64,000 nucleotides of DNA. It comes from Eledone cirrhosa. Lineage: Eukaryota. The stretch covers positions 82,274,001-82,338,000 of the forward strand of contig OZ024746.1 of the NCBI GenBank assembly GCA_964016885.1, written 5' to 3'. Shown here piece after piece: positions 37,219 through 49,462 of the stretch. The stretch's first letter is position 1. Every line of letters begins with the position of its first letter. Below the pieces are notes generated by a model. That model had not been told where the DNA came from. It ran no database searches and saw only the letters and a list, made by a program, of their open reading frames with translations. The position numbers and the translations under genes were made by a program.

Positions 37219-37833
37219 GTTCAAACTCTAGTGATCATATATGAAGTTTGCAAAATGAATTAGATTACAATGTGGAACAAACTGAAATTGCATTTCAAAA
37301 TTTTCTTATATATTTTAGACAAGCTTTCAATAAATAGTGAACAAATAGTATATTAATGTTAAACTTTTCTTTCTCATCTGTCCCCAAGAATGCAAGCACC
37401 AGTCATTAACAAACTCAAAAATACCTAACCAGCTTAAACATCAAATATTAATAAGGAATTTCTACACAATCCAAAATGATGTTACAACATCCTAATAAAA
37501 TTTCCCAGTTCAAAAAACAAGTCTGATCAGCTAGCGCTGACCTACAGCTCAACAATAAGTAAGTTCATCTATTGGCTAGATATCTAACAGACAAACCCTA
37601 CAATCACAATCATTGTGTTGTCATTCAACAGTATTCTTATCCTACAATTTATTATGATTCTTACTTCTATGAAGTTTGCTTCTTTTCAATGTTACTTTTC
37701 TATTTTTTAATACCACTTATTTTCCTGAATGTAACAAACAATCATATGTAGTAAAATGAAAGCTATTTAAAACAACCTAAATAAACAGAGATGTATATTC
37801 TAAATATTGATTCAGTAAATTAAGAAAAAATAC

Positions 37834-37947
37834 CTGTTTCAATGCTAGCATAGCAATAAAAATGAGGGCACGATTGGAAATTTGAAGTTTTAGATTCAAA
37901 CATTCTTTTAATAATTTCTGACTTTCTTTTAAAGATTCTGCAGTATT
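37834..37947 (-). CDS. PTCD2: PTCD2 exon 6 (NTAESLKESQKLLKECLNLKLQISNRALIFIAMLALKQ)
   Basis: N..ES and S.RA..F...LAL.Q motifs, 114 nt, AG/GT boundaries. Confidence 0.92.
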
Positions 37948-39421
37948 CTACAAAAGAATATTTTAAAATAAAATATCTAGACATAACAATTCAATACATT
38001 TATATTCAACATAATGTGAAAAGAAAAATAGAAATATTAATAAAAGAACTAAGCAAAAGAGTTTGTGAAGAATTTGTGAAGACAGCTGTCTAAACCGATG
38101 CTAGGGTGGAAGATAGACGTTAAACAATGATGATTTTTGTCTCAAATTTTTTTTTCATCTTTTAGTTAGTAAGAAGGGCATTGTTTTCTACTCTTTTCAG
38201 AGGCCTTCAAGACTAGTGAGAGGAAGGGAAAGAAGGATCCTCAAACTGGAGACCTAATCCTAATGCTTGCAGTAGAAAGGACTCTGTTTAAGGCACCCAA
38301 GAGTCAGGTGATGGGATTAAACCAAGCAATTAATTAAGTTTCTCACTCATGTAGACCATGGTGAGACTCGAATTTGGAACAAATACTGCAAGGTATCCTA
38401 TCCAATGCTGTAATGACTTTGCCAGTTCACTGCATTAGACTGGTGCTTTATCAACCCCAGAAAGATGAAAGCAAAGTTGAGCTGAGTGAAATTTGAACTC
38501 AGAACACAAGAGCCCAAAATAAATACTGCAAAGCATTTCGTCTGACACTAATGCTTCTGTCATTTCACTGCCTTGTAAGAAGTAATGGTTTTACTTAAGA
38601 ATTACAATATATATTGAGATACACTTTGTACGTTAGTCATGTAATAATAACTGTTTCTACTTTTGACACAATGCCAGCAATTACCCAGTAGATTACTGGT
38701 ACTTTATTTTATCGACCCCATAAGGATGAAAGGCAAAGTTAACCTCGGCGGGATTTGAACTCAGAATGGCAAGGGCCGTAACTCTATACGTCAAAGCATG
38801 GCGTCCGACCCTCTACTGATACTGCCAATTCACCGCCCTGTAATGTAATAATAGCTGTCATGTAATAATAACTGGCACAGTTTAAATTCATGGAATCAAA
38901 GTGTTAGTTATACATTACTGTGTCGACATAGTTTTCATAATGTATATATTGCATTGTAATGACTGGCATACAGCATGTCCTGGGCATTTAAAACCTGGCA
39001 GAGCCTATCCTTCTCCAAGTCTGAACACAGTTGATTTCAGAGGAAAGAGTGTGAGAGGAGAAGTGGAAAGACAGAGAGGAAGACTCAACCCTAGTACTGG
39101 ACTTGTCATTTTTTTATCAACCTTGAAATGATGAAATGCAAGGTTGACTTCAGTAGGATTTGAACTGAGAGAGCAGAGAGCTGGAATACCACAAAGCATT
39201 CTATCTGATACTCTAATGGTTCTGCCAATTCAGAGTCAGTTTTCATAACGCAATAGTTTATGGGATATGATGAAAATATTACCAAACAGCTAGTAAATAG
39301 AATTCAGAATAATGTGTACAGGAATAAGTAAATATAATCAACGATACAATGCAGAGTTCCTATGAAGAAAAAAATATAATTCTGTCGAGAAAATTAGAAG
39401 ACAGCTGAATACAATACTAAC

Positions 39422-39601
39422 CAAAGCATAGTAGGTAGCAAATGCAAGAGTAGTACAGTCATTTGGATATTTAATATTATTAGTTTCGTTTTTAGCTACT
39501 TCTTGAAATACTTTCAAAAGGTCATTATACTGTTTCCTTTCATACAGCATATCCATGAGAATGATATAACTTGTCACTTGAAAAAAAATAGATTTGGTTT
39601 T
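39422..39601 (-). CDS. PTCD2: PTCD2 exon 5 (KTKSIFFQVTSYIILMDMLY...DCTTLAFATYYAL)
   Basis: PPR-like TS..ILMDML and LAFA..Y.L motifs, 180 nt. Confidence 0.93.
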
Positions 39602-39704
39602 CTGAAAGAAAAAACAAAGAAACATCAATTCCAGTTGAAAACTGGATTTTATTTTACATTTTCTTTTTAATGTTAATATATTTATAGTTGTTTTTCTTTT
39701 AAAC

Positions 39705-40254
39705 TACATGGTGGATGGAAAGAAACTCCCTATTGGAGATTACTTATAACTTTTGGCCTACTGTGACCACTTGGGACATCAATGACCTCATGTTCATGTA
39801 AGATGCCCCCCGCCCCCCCCCCCCCCCCCCTCATTTTGAAAACATTGTGCATGAGTGGTTTGATGTTCAATTTCTAGGACATTGGCTGTGTTGTCGAGGT
39901 CCACATGAATGGTCAACAAGAAGCCCTGACTTAACATCATGAGATTTTTTTCCTGTTGGGGTAGGCAAAGGAAGAAGTTTATAGCTCAAAACCAAAAACT
40001 GACTCAATTGGAGGAATGCATTCGTCATGTACTGGCCAACATATTACCTGAGTTCCTGATGAAGTCAGTCGAGAATATGCCAAGACGATTACAAACACTG
40101 GTGGACAACGCTGGTGCCTATATAGAATTTAAACACTGTACTGTACTTCTATCATTATACTGTTCAAAGTAAAACATGTTTTATGAAAGTTGACCAATAA
40201 TTAATAAAGTTATTAACAACTTTAAATAGAGAGTTTCCTTCCACCCACTTTGTA
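39705..40254 (+). mobile_element. Internally deleted Tc1/mariner-superfamily (maT-like) transposon
   Basis: TA TSD and ~28-bp TIRs. The decayed transposase C-terminus reads GPHEWSTRSPDLTS*DFF, then LEECIRHVLANILPEFLMKSVENMPRRLQTLVDNAGAYIE. Confidence 0.85.
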
Positions 40255-41574
40255 GACAGTGAGTTGTAATCTCTTTATGGGTTTTCTACTGATATTACAA
40301 CCTATTTTTCATGAACCTTTCTTGTCAGAGAAATGGCAGTGCCCACAACCTTTTGTAGGTCATCTGAGACTGTTGAAAGGAAGAGGGAGAAATAAACTAT
40401 TACTTATAGGTTGTTGCAATGCAATCTGAATGCTAGACTCTACTAAAGGTACCCAAAGAAAATGTGGTGGCATTAAATACAAGATTACAATTTACCACCC
40501 AAGAACTCAATTTTACTCACAAGGCTTCGGTTGACCCAAGGTTATTCCTCAAGGTGGAATCCAACCCAGAACTACATGATTTGTGAAATTAACTTTTTAA
40601 CCACATGGCCAGATGAATTATGTAGAGCAGCCACGGATACCAATACAAAGCATATAGGAGTGCACCTCTCAGAAACTTTATTGCCTACCAGCAAGCTACA
40701 GAAATTATCAACTGGACATTGACTCCTCCAACCAGAATCAGTTATACCTAAGCCTCAGACTAAGAGAAGCTATAAATGGCTAACAAACTACATGTGTTTT
40801 CTTTCCCCCGACAGAAAATTTTTCCCCATTTTTTCTTCTCTCTTATTCTATCTTCTGATGAAGAACTAATGTCCAAAACACTCTTTTCATTAAATATAAA
40901 CTAATATATATCAGCATCGTATTGAATTGTTCTCGTGTTGTTTTTCCTTCCTGATTTTTCCCATATTAGTGGAGGAACTTTGCTTTTCTTCCACAAACTA
41001 ACAACAGTAATAAAATATAAAGCTATGACATTGAGTGATACATAATTTGACTAAGGCAATTGAAAACAAACAGTAATATTTCACAGCAGATTCGTGTATG
41101 TGTGTGTGTGTGAAAAGACTAGGTGTCAACTAGTCAAAATATTAATTCTAAGTTTGGGTTTTGGCAGGAGAGCACCACAATTCCTTGAAGGAAAGGAAAC
41201 AACAAATTCTAACAGAGAAAATTTTCTTATGGGTTAAGTAAAATAGCTTCAGTCATCAAAAATGACTCATAGAATTAACTTATCAGGAGCTTGTGTTGCA
41301 GGCGTAAGTTAAACATATAATTAGTTCAAATATTTTCTATAGCAACAAATCCTGAATTTATTTTCATGTATTAAAAAAAATCCCTTCCTATAAAACAATT
41401 TCAGAATGAGATAGATGGATTACTAATTCAATGAAAATATCAGTTTGCTTTAGAAATTTGAAAGAATATTAGAATAACAAAACAAAATTTAATATATACT
41501 AGAATCTAGTAAACTGAATTAAAGTAAAAAGAAAAAAAAATACTAATTTCTATAAATATTAACAAAAATCTTAC

Positions 41575-41692
41575 CTCATTTTGAAAGAGCTCTAGAGCTA
41601 CATCTACTTCCTTCATTACATACATCAACCTAAGAACAACAGGGCCAAATGAATATGTGTTGTATTGCTGTGAAGCATCTTGTTGATGATAT
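41575..41692 (-). CDS. PTCD2: PTCD2 exon 4 (YHQQDASQQYNTYSFGPVVLRLMYVMKEVDVALELFQNE)
   Basis: YH......Y.FGP...RL.Y motif diagnostic of PTCD2, phase 2-0. Confidence 0.93.
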
Positions 41693-42878
41693 CTGTAAAT
41701 GAGATAAGAGGAGAAGCAACAGCAAGTAATTAGTTGATATTTCATTCATCTCGTAGGAGATGCAGTATACAAGGAAACGATGCTAGTATAGACATGTGAT
41801 GTTCATGGCAGATGATAGCTGCCAGTCGATGGAACGTGTCGAAGAGGAAAACCAAGTAAAATCTGGGATGATGTGGTGAAGGCTGACCTCATAAAGGAGA
41901 TGACACAAGATTGAGTTGGTTGGTGACATGCCATACTACCGAGGACCCACCTACCCATGCAAATGGGATGAAATGAGCATGGGGGCATAAAATGACATAG
42001 AGGCAACATGGCAAAGAATAGAGGCAGGCATAGATGTAGATAAAATAAAAGATTAATAGTGATTTGCTGTATTTTAGACTAATCCAAACCCCCTCTCACG
42101 AAACATATGTTAAAATATTAATGATGATGAATAAAGATATAATATAGAAACCACGTAATGTGTTGGCGTCTGTCATCCTTATACCAGTAATAGGTGTAGG
42201 TTTGGTTGTTGTTATGCTGGGAATATTTGAGAATAGTTTGGAAGAGCATAATTGGATTTCTAGTATGTATCTAGTGGGTAAGGTTGAAAATAGATTCATA
42301 GATTATGTTTGCTTGATAGAATTGCTTTAGTGTCAATGTGTTTGCATCTAAATTAAGGCAACTAGCAGCCATAGTTATATAAAATACAAAAGCTACTAAA
42401 AGTTACATACTTATAAAGTACATGAAGTTATTTTTTACAATGAAAAATTAAATAGACAGTGTGTATTCTTTATCAAGTGTGCCATGATAAAATTATCCAG
42501 CACATACTGTAATGCCACATAAAATGCACAGTACAGTGGTAGTGCTGGGACCACAAAAAAAGCACCCAGTTTACTGTGTCAAATGATAGTGGCTGTGTCA
42601 TGAGAAAATGAACTCAGTACATGCAATAAAGTAGCTGGTGTTAGGAAAGGCATCCAGCTGTAGAAACCATGCCAAAATGGAACATATGACCTGTCTAGCC
42701 TTAGAATGTGACAATACATCTAACGTATGCAAACATGGAAAATAGATGTGAAACGGTGATAATGATGATGGTGATAATGCTGCTGCCAATGATGATGTTG
42801 ATGATGATGGTAATGCTGATGATGATAATCACAACTTTTGTCAGGCTTATCAACATTTTGAAAATATTAAGTTCTTAC

Positions 42879-43014
42879 TTTATCAGCATTTTCTGAATAA
42901 TATCAATCTCTTCTTTGTGTGCTGCAATGTAAACCATGGTTTTTAAATCATCAGTGAAGATTCTGTCTGGACAATCACTGGAGACCAAGGACTTCATTCT
43001 TCCAATAAAATTTG
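42879..43014 (-). CDS. PTCD2: PTCD2 exon 3 (NFIGRMKSLVSSDCPDRIFTDDLKTMVYIAAHKEEIDIIQKMLI)
   Basis: AG/GTAAGA boundaries, phase 1-2. IFT.DLK.M motif. Confidence 0.9.
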
Positions 43015-43066
43015 CTATAAAAAGAATGTTAAATAACTGAAAGAAATATCTTCAAAGAATGTTTAA

Positions 43067-43257
43067 CCCTTTAGCATTTAAATCGGCTGTATTCAGCCCA
43101 AATCCTCTCACCTCTCTCTGTTCAAACCAGCTGCTCATACTTATGTTAAAGTATTGTTCTCAAAATAAATAATATCAAAATCTCATAGATTCGATAGTAT
43201 GTGAGTGTTTACCATGAAAATACAACAGTAAATATAGAGTAATGTAAATGTTAAAGG
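43067..43257. mobile_element. piggyBac-type MITE, ~50 nt from the PTCD2 exon 3 acceptor
   Basis: Same internal sequence as 11005-11214, with a degenerate right end. Confidence 0.8.
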
Positions 43258-43267
43258 TGTGATATAG

Positions 43268-43610
43268 GTGGAGAGATGGCAGAATAGTTAAGTTTTCTTT
43301 GTATCCACATCATTCCAGGTTCAGCCTCATTGCATTGCACCTTGGGCAAGTGTATTCTTGCTATAGGTGGACCAATGCCTTGTGAGTGAAATATGGTAGA
43401 CTAAAAGTGCTGAACCCTGTCATATATGTGTGTGTGTGTGTGTGTATTTACACTGTTTAACTGGTGTTTTTGTTTATGTTCTGTTAACATAGTTTGACAA
43501 ATGGTGAAATAAGTACCAGACTTGAAAATAAAAAATAATAAAGTACTGGTGGCTATATAATTGACTAAAACCATGATGACTGGCTAACAAATGACTGAAA
43601 CCAGTAAAAA
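43268..43610 (+). mobile_element. CORE-like tRNA SINE
   Basis: ACCTTGGGCAAGTGT core-like motif followed by (TG)n. Related - strand copies at ~50650-50800 and ~51880-52030. Confidence 0.5.
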
Positions 43611-43939
43611 AGTTACAAGAATGGCAAAAACTGTCATTATTTATTTCACCACTCTTCTTGAACCTAGTTTATTTGTCTCTCGGCATAAACTTTACCAATG
43701 GTTTTTAGGCCTAACCCTTTTATTTCATCCCATACACTAAACATACCAACTTATTGCTGTTTAACTTCTTACCAAGTTCTCTTGCAGTTCTAGAGATATC
43801 ATCATCATTTAAACATCCATTTTCCATGCTGACATGGGTTGGTTGGGTCATCATGGTCTGAGACAAGACAGTTCAGATACCACACCTTGCTCATATGTTC
43901 CATAATTTGGCGTGGCTTCTATTGTTGCCCTTCTCAATG

Positions 43940-44203
43940 CCTACCACTTTACAGAATGTAGACTGCATTTTTGTCATGATACTAGCACTACCACCTTGCA
44001 GAGTGCATTGTGTGCATTTTATCATGGTACCAGCACTACCATTTTAAAGAGTACACTGAGTGCATTTTATTGTGTCACCAGCATTACCATTTTACAGAAT
44101 GCACTGCATGCATTGTATTGTTGCACAAGCACTATCACATTACAGAGTGTACTGTGTGCATTTTATTGCCGTACCAGCACCACTAGTTTACAGAGTGTAC
44201 TGA
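43940..44203 (+). repeat. ~45-bp minisatellite (six units) inside a (GAT)n-tailed SINE
   Basis: Unit ~ACCATTTTACAGAGTGTACTGAGTGCATTTTATTGTGTCACCAGCACT. Variable unit numbers occur in other SINE copies (12590-12710, 34210-34380, 36560-36780, 57405-57515, 60235-60390). Confidence 0.8.
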
Positions 44204-44218
44204 GTAATAAATTCTTAC

Positions 44219-44311
44219 ATCTTAACTCTCCTAGTCGATCTGTAATTAAAATCCGTTGTCGCTGGTAGTTATCCAAACCCAAAATCTCCTGACTGAATAA
44301 ATGTCTGCAAT
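44219..44311 (-). CDS. PTCD2: PTCD2 exon 2 (CRHLFSQEILGLDNYQRQRILITDRLGELR)
   Basis: Acceptor tttcatttcag, donor GTAAGA, phase 1-1. Resembles the PTCD2 N-terminal R.L.....L segment. Confidence 0.88.
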
Positions 44312-46490
44312 CTGAAATGAAAAAAGGTACTGCATTAAAATTTGAGTAAAAAAAAAAATTTAAATAAACAAGGTAACTATTCTTGTTAATCGGTCAAGTT
44401 AAAAAGCCGAGGAAGCTGATGTGGGTCTGCGTCGACAACTTTTAACCCCTTAAGGTGTATATATTTATCTAAAATATTCCATGATAATTTATGTAAGAGC
44501 CTTTGTTAAGTTATGTTCCAAACATTTGTTTAATAATATGAAAGTTCATTATATTATAAAATCCGTCCAAATTCATGATTGAATTCAAAATCATAGGCAG
44601 TGTCCTCTATTAGAAATATGGTAATGAAATAGTTAATCCATAATTTTGTAGGATGTCAGTAAGTTCAATTGCTGTGAGATTTGGATCAGAACAATCATAC
44701 CAATTTAATTGGTCAGCTTTGGACTTTTCTAATTTCAATTACTAACCAAGAAGACCTATGATAAAAGTATTCCACTTGTCACCATCCAACCTTTTTAAGG
44801 ATGTCTGGAAATGTTTTAATGTATCATTCCCTTTTTAAGGACGTAGGCTGTTATTTGAAGGTGATTTGGTTGCTATTTCTAGCAAGTCTACCAAATATGT
44901 AGTGGGCTCCCTATGAAACAGAAGTCTTTTAAGCACTAGATTAACCTGATTAAGCAAACTTCTCATCAATCTTATAACCACCATGTTCTTCCCTCAGGAA
45001 TTGTGTATCTAAGGGAATAATTTGAGGTAAATTTGGTTTGACGAAATATTGGTTGTTTAGCTTCAGGTGTGCTCTGATCAAGCAGACCTATGATATAAAG
45101 TGTTCAAGACATAATTATCCCTTCTTTTTTCCAAATATAGTGTATTTAAGACAGCATTAGCCAATATGTCCTTTTTAAAGATGGTAAATGTTATTTGAGG
45201 TAGGTCTGGTTGTTATTTTTTAGATGAACAACATAGAGGCTCACCCAAATAAAAGTAAACATCACCATTCAAAAGACACCAACCAGTCAGTAAACAACAA
45301 GAACTGCTTACTTTTGCACTGTAACGACAATGTTGTTCATTAACCAAGATCTATTTTCATCTGCATTGTCTATATTTTCAAACTTTTTCAATTAATTGAG
45401 TTTATTGGAGTTACCTCCCTTGCTTTTTTTTTTTTTTTTAAGGTTTTTGATGCCCTTAACAGAGTATGTCGGACTACATTATCTAACGTGTCCTTTCGTT
45501 TTTAAAGATGGTCTGTTGTGATTTGATCGCGGTTTGATTATTTCCAATAGATCGAACGATCACGTTCCTCCGTTGGCTCAAATGACAGATGTCAGTGAAG
45601 TATCGAGTGTTTGCAATACAGTACTGAGTTTAATCCTATGAGCTTGGAGTTGACAACAGAAAGTAACTAACCATTCTAGTAAATCTTACCGAAGATATCC
45701 TGAAATCGACAGAATCAGCAGAAGTAAATTCCTATGAGAAATCTTCATCAATAAAAAGAAAACAAATAGTCTGTTTTGAATTTATAGTCAAATTTAATCG
45801 AAGAAAATCAAATTGTATGATCTAGTGATGCAAATTTCCCACCTGGAGTTAGCACGTACATGAGTTAAAATAGTAACAAGTTCAAACTCTCAAGTTATAT
45901 TACTTACGCATTTGTCGAAGTAGATTTACAGTTTCAAAAAAAAGACACACAAGGTAGTCGAAGAATCAGGGGGAATTTTTCAATGGATAAATAAAATAGT
46001 CCTGTCTTATAAATATTATAAAACTTGACCTTCAACGTAATTTAAGTTTACATTAACAGCCTCAGAGAAGGGGAATTAAGATGTTAAATGTTTATGCTTT
46101 TCTCAAATCCCAAGTAAACGAGAAAACGTTTTAAAATGTTAAATTTTGTTCATAATAGCCAAATAATTTAAAATTCTAATTGGCTATCCAATTAATAAAA
46201 GACTTGTATTTTATTTTAATAAATACAATGTAAAGTATGAAAATTAGGAGCACAATTGAGAGATTTTGAGTCATAAATCGGTACTTTATTAAAAAGAAAC
46301 GTTGGTTTCCAAAAAAATAAGTTTTTTTTTAAAGTTGCATAATCAACATAAATAAATGTATTACATGTACACACACATATGTGTGTGTACATGTAATAAA
46401 TTTATTTATATTAATTGATTGTATTGTATTAGCTAATTAGAATTTTAAAATATTTGGTTTATTATATACAAAATTTAACATTTTGAAATG

Positions 46491-46722
46491 TTTATTTATG
46501 TCCATACACGGAACGAAGGCACTACCCAAGGTTCAAAGCCAAAATTTGACCATACATCCAGAAAATAAGAGGCATCAAAATAGTGACCTTTCTTCAGATA
46601 AACACGTATTAGCACTCGAAGAAAGGTCACTATTTGCGTGCCTCTTGTTTTCTGGAGGTATGGTCAAATTTTGGCCTTGAACCTTGGATAGCGCCTTCGA
46701 TCCGTGTATGGACATAAATAAA
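46491..46722. repeat. 105-bp-arm inverted repeat (MITE-like) in PTCD2 intron 1
   Basis: 46491-46595 is the approximate reverse complement of 46618-46722. Confidence 0.9.
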
Positions 46723-46880
46723 TAATATATTTCTGCTCTCTTCCCGATTGAGCACTGTTTTCCTTTCCACATTTACTGACATTGCTACACATACCGGTAT
46801 ATATTTTACCAACATACAAACGAACTTACACACATACAAGATGGGAGTGAGAGCTATGAAAGAGTAAGTAAATCAGTTAC

Positions 46881-46995
46881 TTGGTTTCATATTAACAGGT
46901 GCTAGGTGAGACGTAAACATCCATGGAGACGACGACAAAGTATTATAAACGCCATGAGTTCGACGAAGCACATGCAAAGAATAGCGTGCTGCCAT
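46881..46995 (-). CDS. PTCD2: PTCD2 exon 1, putative mitochondrial presequence (MAARYSLHVLRRTHGVYNTLSSSPWMFTSHLAPVNMKP)
   Basis: AAAATGGC start context. The peptide is Arg/Ser-rich with no acidic residues. Donor GTAACT, phase 1, matches the next exon. Confidence 0.82.
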
Positions 46996-47255
46996 TTTGT
47001 ACGATAATCGGAAGTGACGTAAGTGGTGTAGCACCACCCACGTGCCTACTAGAGGCAGACGACACAGTCACTTATTAAATCAGAGAAGTCTTTCTTTCTT
47101 TCTGTAAATGTTTTCGCGTCTTCTTCTTTCAATAATTTGCATCGTGTTTTGAACGCACTTGTTATAAAAGAGGATAGAAAAGTACTTGAAAACTAAAAAT
47201 CCAAGGAATAATAGTTAACATCAGTGAAATAAAAAAAAAAAAAACAACCAAAACT
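46988..47255. promoter_or_regulatory. Putative bidirectional promoter of PTCD2 and the epimerase-like gene
   Basis: Local CpG enrichment. CGGAAGTGACGT (ETS overlapping a half-CRE) at 47009-47020, CACGTG at 47039-47044, and YY1-like CAAAATGGCAGC over the PTCD2 ATG. The divergent ATGs are ~260 bp apart. Confidence 0.7.
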
Positions 47256-47328
47256 ATGAATTATTCAGCAGAAGATATTATCCTGTTAGATCGGGGTTCA
47301 GATACTTCTGTTACTGTTCATCTCCATG
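47256..47328 (+). CDS. First coding exon of a glucose-6-phosphate 1-epimerase (hexose-6-phosphate mutarotase, aldose 1-epimerase superfamily) homolog: MNYSAEDIILLDRGSDTSVTVHLH-G
   Basis: Perfect GTAAGT donor, phase 1. LDRG..TS.T.HLHG resembles the N-terminus of invertebrate YMR099C/YeaD-like proteins as I recall them. The expected next exon (GAT..SW) was not found in the window. Confidence 0.72.
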
Positions 47329-48731
47329 GTAAGTTGAAAAAGTCTTCATTACCATTTTAATTGACTTCTTGTTTAATTGGTGAAAATTTATCTGTGCGAA
47401 ATTATAGAAGGGGTGGGGGGATTGGAAAAGATAAATGGTAGTCTTGAATGATTTCGCAAGGGCATTTATAGGTATACATATTAATGTAATACTTCGTTTT
47501 GGAACCGCATAGACACTTACACATACATGCACATATGCGTGCACACACAAATGCGCTATATTTTATTTTTCAGGTTGTATGTATGTATGAAGTTGCATAT
47601 AAATTTATGGAAATATATATATCGATCAGTAATAGCTATTGTTGTCAACAATTAACAAGTTTCTTATTTGAAATAAATGAACCAAGCAACAAGTGTGCTT
47701 ACGTGATTATGTATATGTGTGTGTATATCCACTCATCACGTACACATACTATTCTGATACATATACCTATTTATCCTCTCCTCTCTCTCTCTCGCACACA
47801 CACACACACCACGTACCACTCTGGTACACGTATACCTCTCTGTCACGCACTGCACACATACATATTACATATCTTGTGTACACGTACGCACACATACATG
47901 ATGCACCACACACCTACCTCACTCTCGCATACATATATATATATGTACACACGTACCACACTATTCATACATGCATATCTTTCTCGCGCATATACACACA
48001 CTCTACACGCCCAGGAACCGAACTCTGCAAACTTCAATTAAGCCATTGTAGATTGAAATTTGCAAGACTTTATATTTGATGTCTTTTATTTACACATAGT
48101 GTATCTGAGTCCTCATTCCCAATGTATCTTTCTTTTCTAAGAGGCTCAGGCACGATTCGAGGAAGATTTGGCTGCTATTTCTAATAGGTAGAATGTCCAC
48201 ATAGATGTTTCCTCGTTGGCTCAAGTGTTTTTTTTTATTTCTTTCTTCCTCCGCTTCTCTGTTTGGTTATTACCTACTAAAGGCACCTTTCCTTTCATAT
48301 TGTTATTACCTTCTTTTACAAGGTACTTCCTGTATATTTTACTGACTGTCCTTCATTCATGCGTGAAGTAGTTGCAATAATATTAGAATCAATCTATTCA
48401 GCCGGCTCTAACTCTGTCTATAAAACTTCGGGCTTATGTCATGTCAAAAGAAATCGATCTTATTCTGACTCAGCCTCTGAATCTTCTGAAGTTCATAAAA
48501 TAAATACTAGAAATGTATGTTTAAAAAATATAAACTAATTACAAACAACAGAAACCACTGAATATATAGGAAGATGTTATGAGGCTTATGTTTGTTGCAC
48601 ATCTATTTAAGCAAAGTATATTAAACAAGAGATTTACAAGTACAAGATTATGCAGGCACATTTTTATTTTGTTCTTTTATTGTTGTTTATTTGTATTATA
48701 CATGCGTATTCGCGAATTCATATCTATATAT

Positions 48732-48920
48732 AATGACTTCTACATGACTAGAACTGTTTCATTCGTATGAAATCATCAGGAAAGTCAGATGAAATTAGTT
48801 ACTATCATTATTTATAATTTCTTTGGGTGTTGAGAGAAGATAAATAACGATACCAACCAATTTTATCTGACTTTCCTTATGATTTCACACGAATGAAACA
48901 GTTCTAGTCACGTAGTCATT
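48732..48920. ncRNA. Inverted pair of hammerhead-like motifs (Penelope-like terminus)
   Basis: - strand: gactttc-CTGATGA-tTTCatacGAAt-GAAA-cagttctagtcatGTA-gaagtc. The + copy has a CTTATGA core mutation. Confidence 0.55.
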
Positions 48921-49007
48921 TGTATTTAAAATAAATATGCCTATACTCTATTAACGTATTGAGTATCAAATGTGGTCACTTCTCAATACCCATCTGGAAT
49001 CCACACA

Positions 49008-49043
<36 letters not shown>

Positions 49044-49399
49044 TATATATATTTGGTAAACTTTTATATATATATTTGGTAAATTTTTGTCGAAGTCGGA
49101 GACTTGCTGTTGCTGTCAACTACAATTTTTTTTTTTTCTCTCTCTCATACACAATCACGTTTGTCACGTCTACCAACATTAACAGGTGTCAGTCTCTTCA
49201 GATTGTCAGTAATTACACTTATAAAACTTACTTCATGTCAGAAACCATAAGGTCTTCTACTCTTTACCGACACCAATTATATCTAAAGCGACATAGCTGA
49301 AACTTTCTACTTAGAAAATAAAATAAAATTTACACTCTAACTACCAGAACTTAATGTTTGAATGTTTTAAATACTATGTATGGTATTTTAAACACACAT

Positions 49400-49462
<63 letters not shown>

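Noticed and set aside
40855-40885. Hammerhead-like CTGATGAAGAAC..GTCCAAAAC (similar case at ~26620-26650)
   Set aside because: The GAAA or CUGA core is mutated and stems I/III cannot be formed, so it is too degenerate to call.
43912-44268. 118-aa Cys/Thr repeat protein
   Set aside because: It is the translation of the 45-bp SINE minisatellite and overlaps PTCD2 exon 2 antisense.
45310-45912. Alternative PTCD2 first exons (minus-strand GTAAG donors near 45311, 45689 and 45907)
   Set aside because: Two give the wrong phase or stops. The ATG-C micro-exon at ~45911-45908 is in phase but lacks a presequence and promoter motifs, so 46995-46881 is far better supported.
47499-48079. Long ORFs of 180 and 128 aa
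   Set aside because: His/Thr/Tyr-rich translations of degenerate (CA)/(TA) microsatellite with no protein-like signal.
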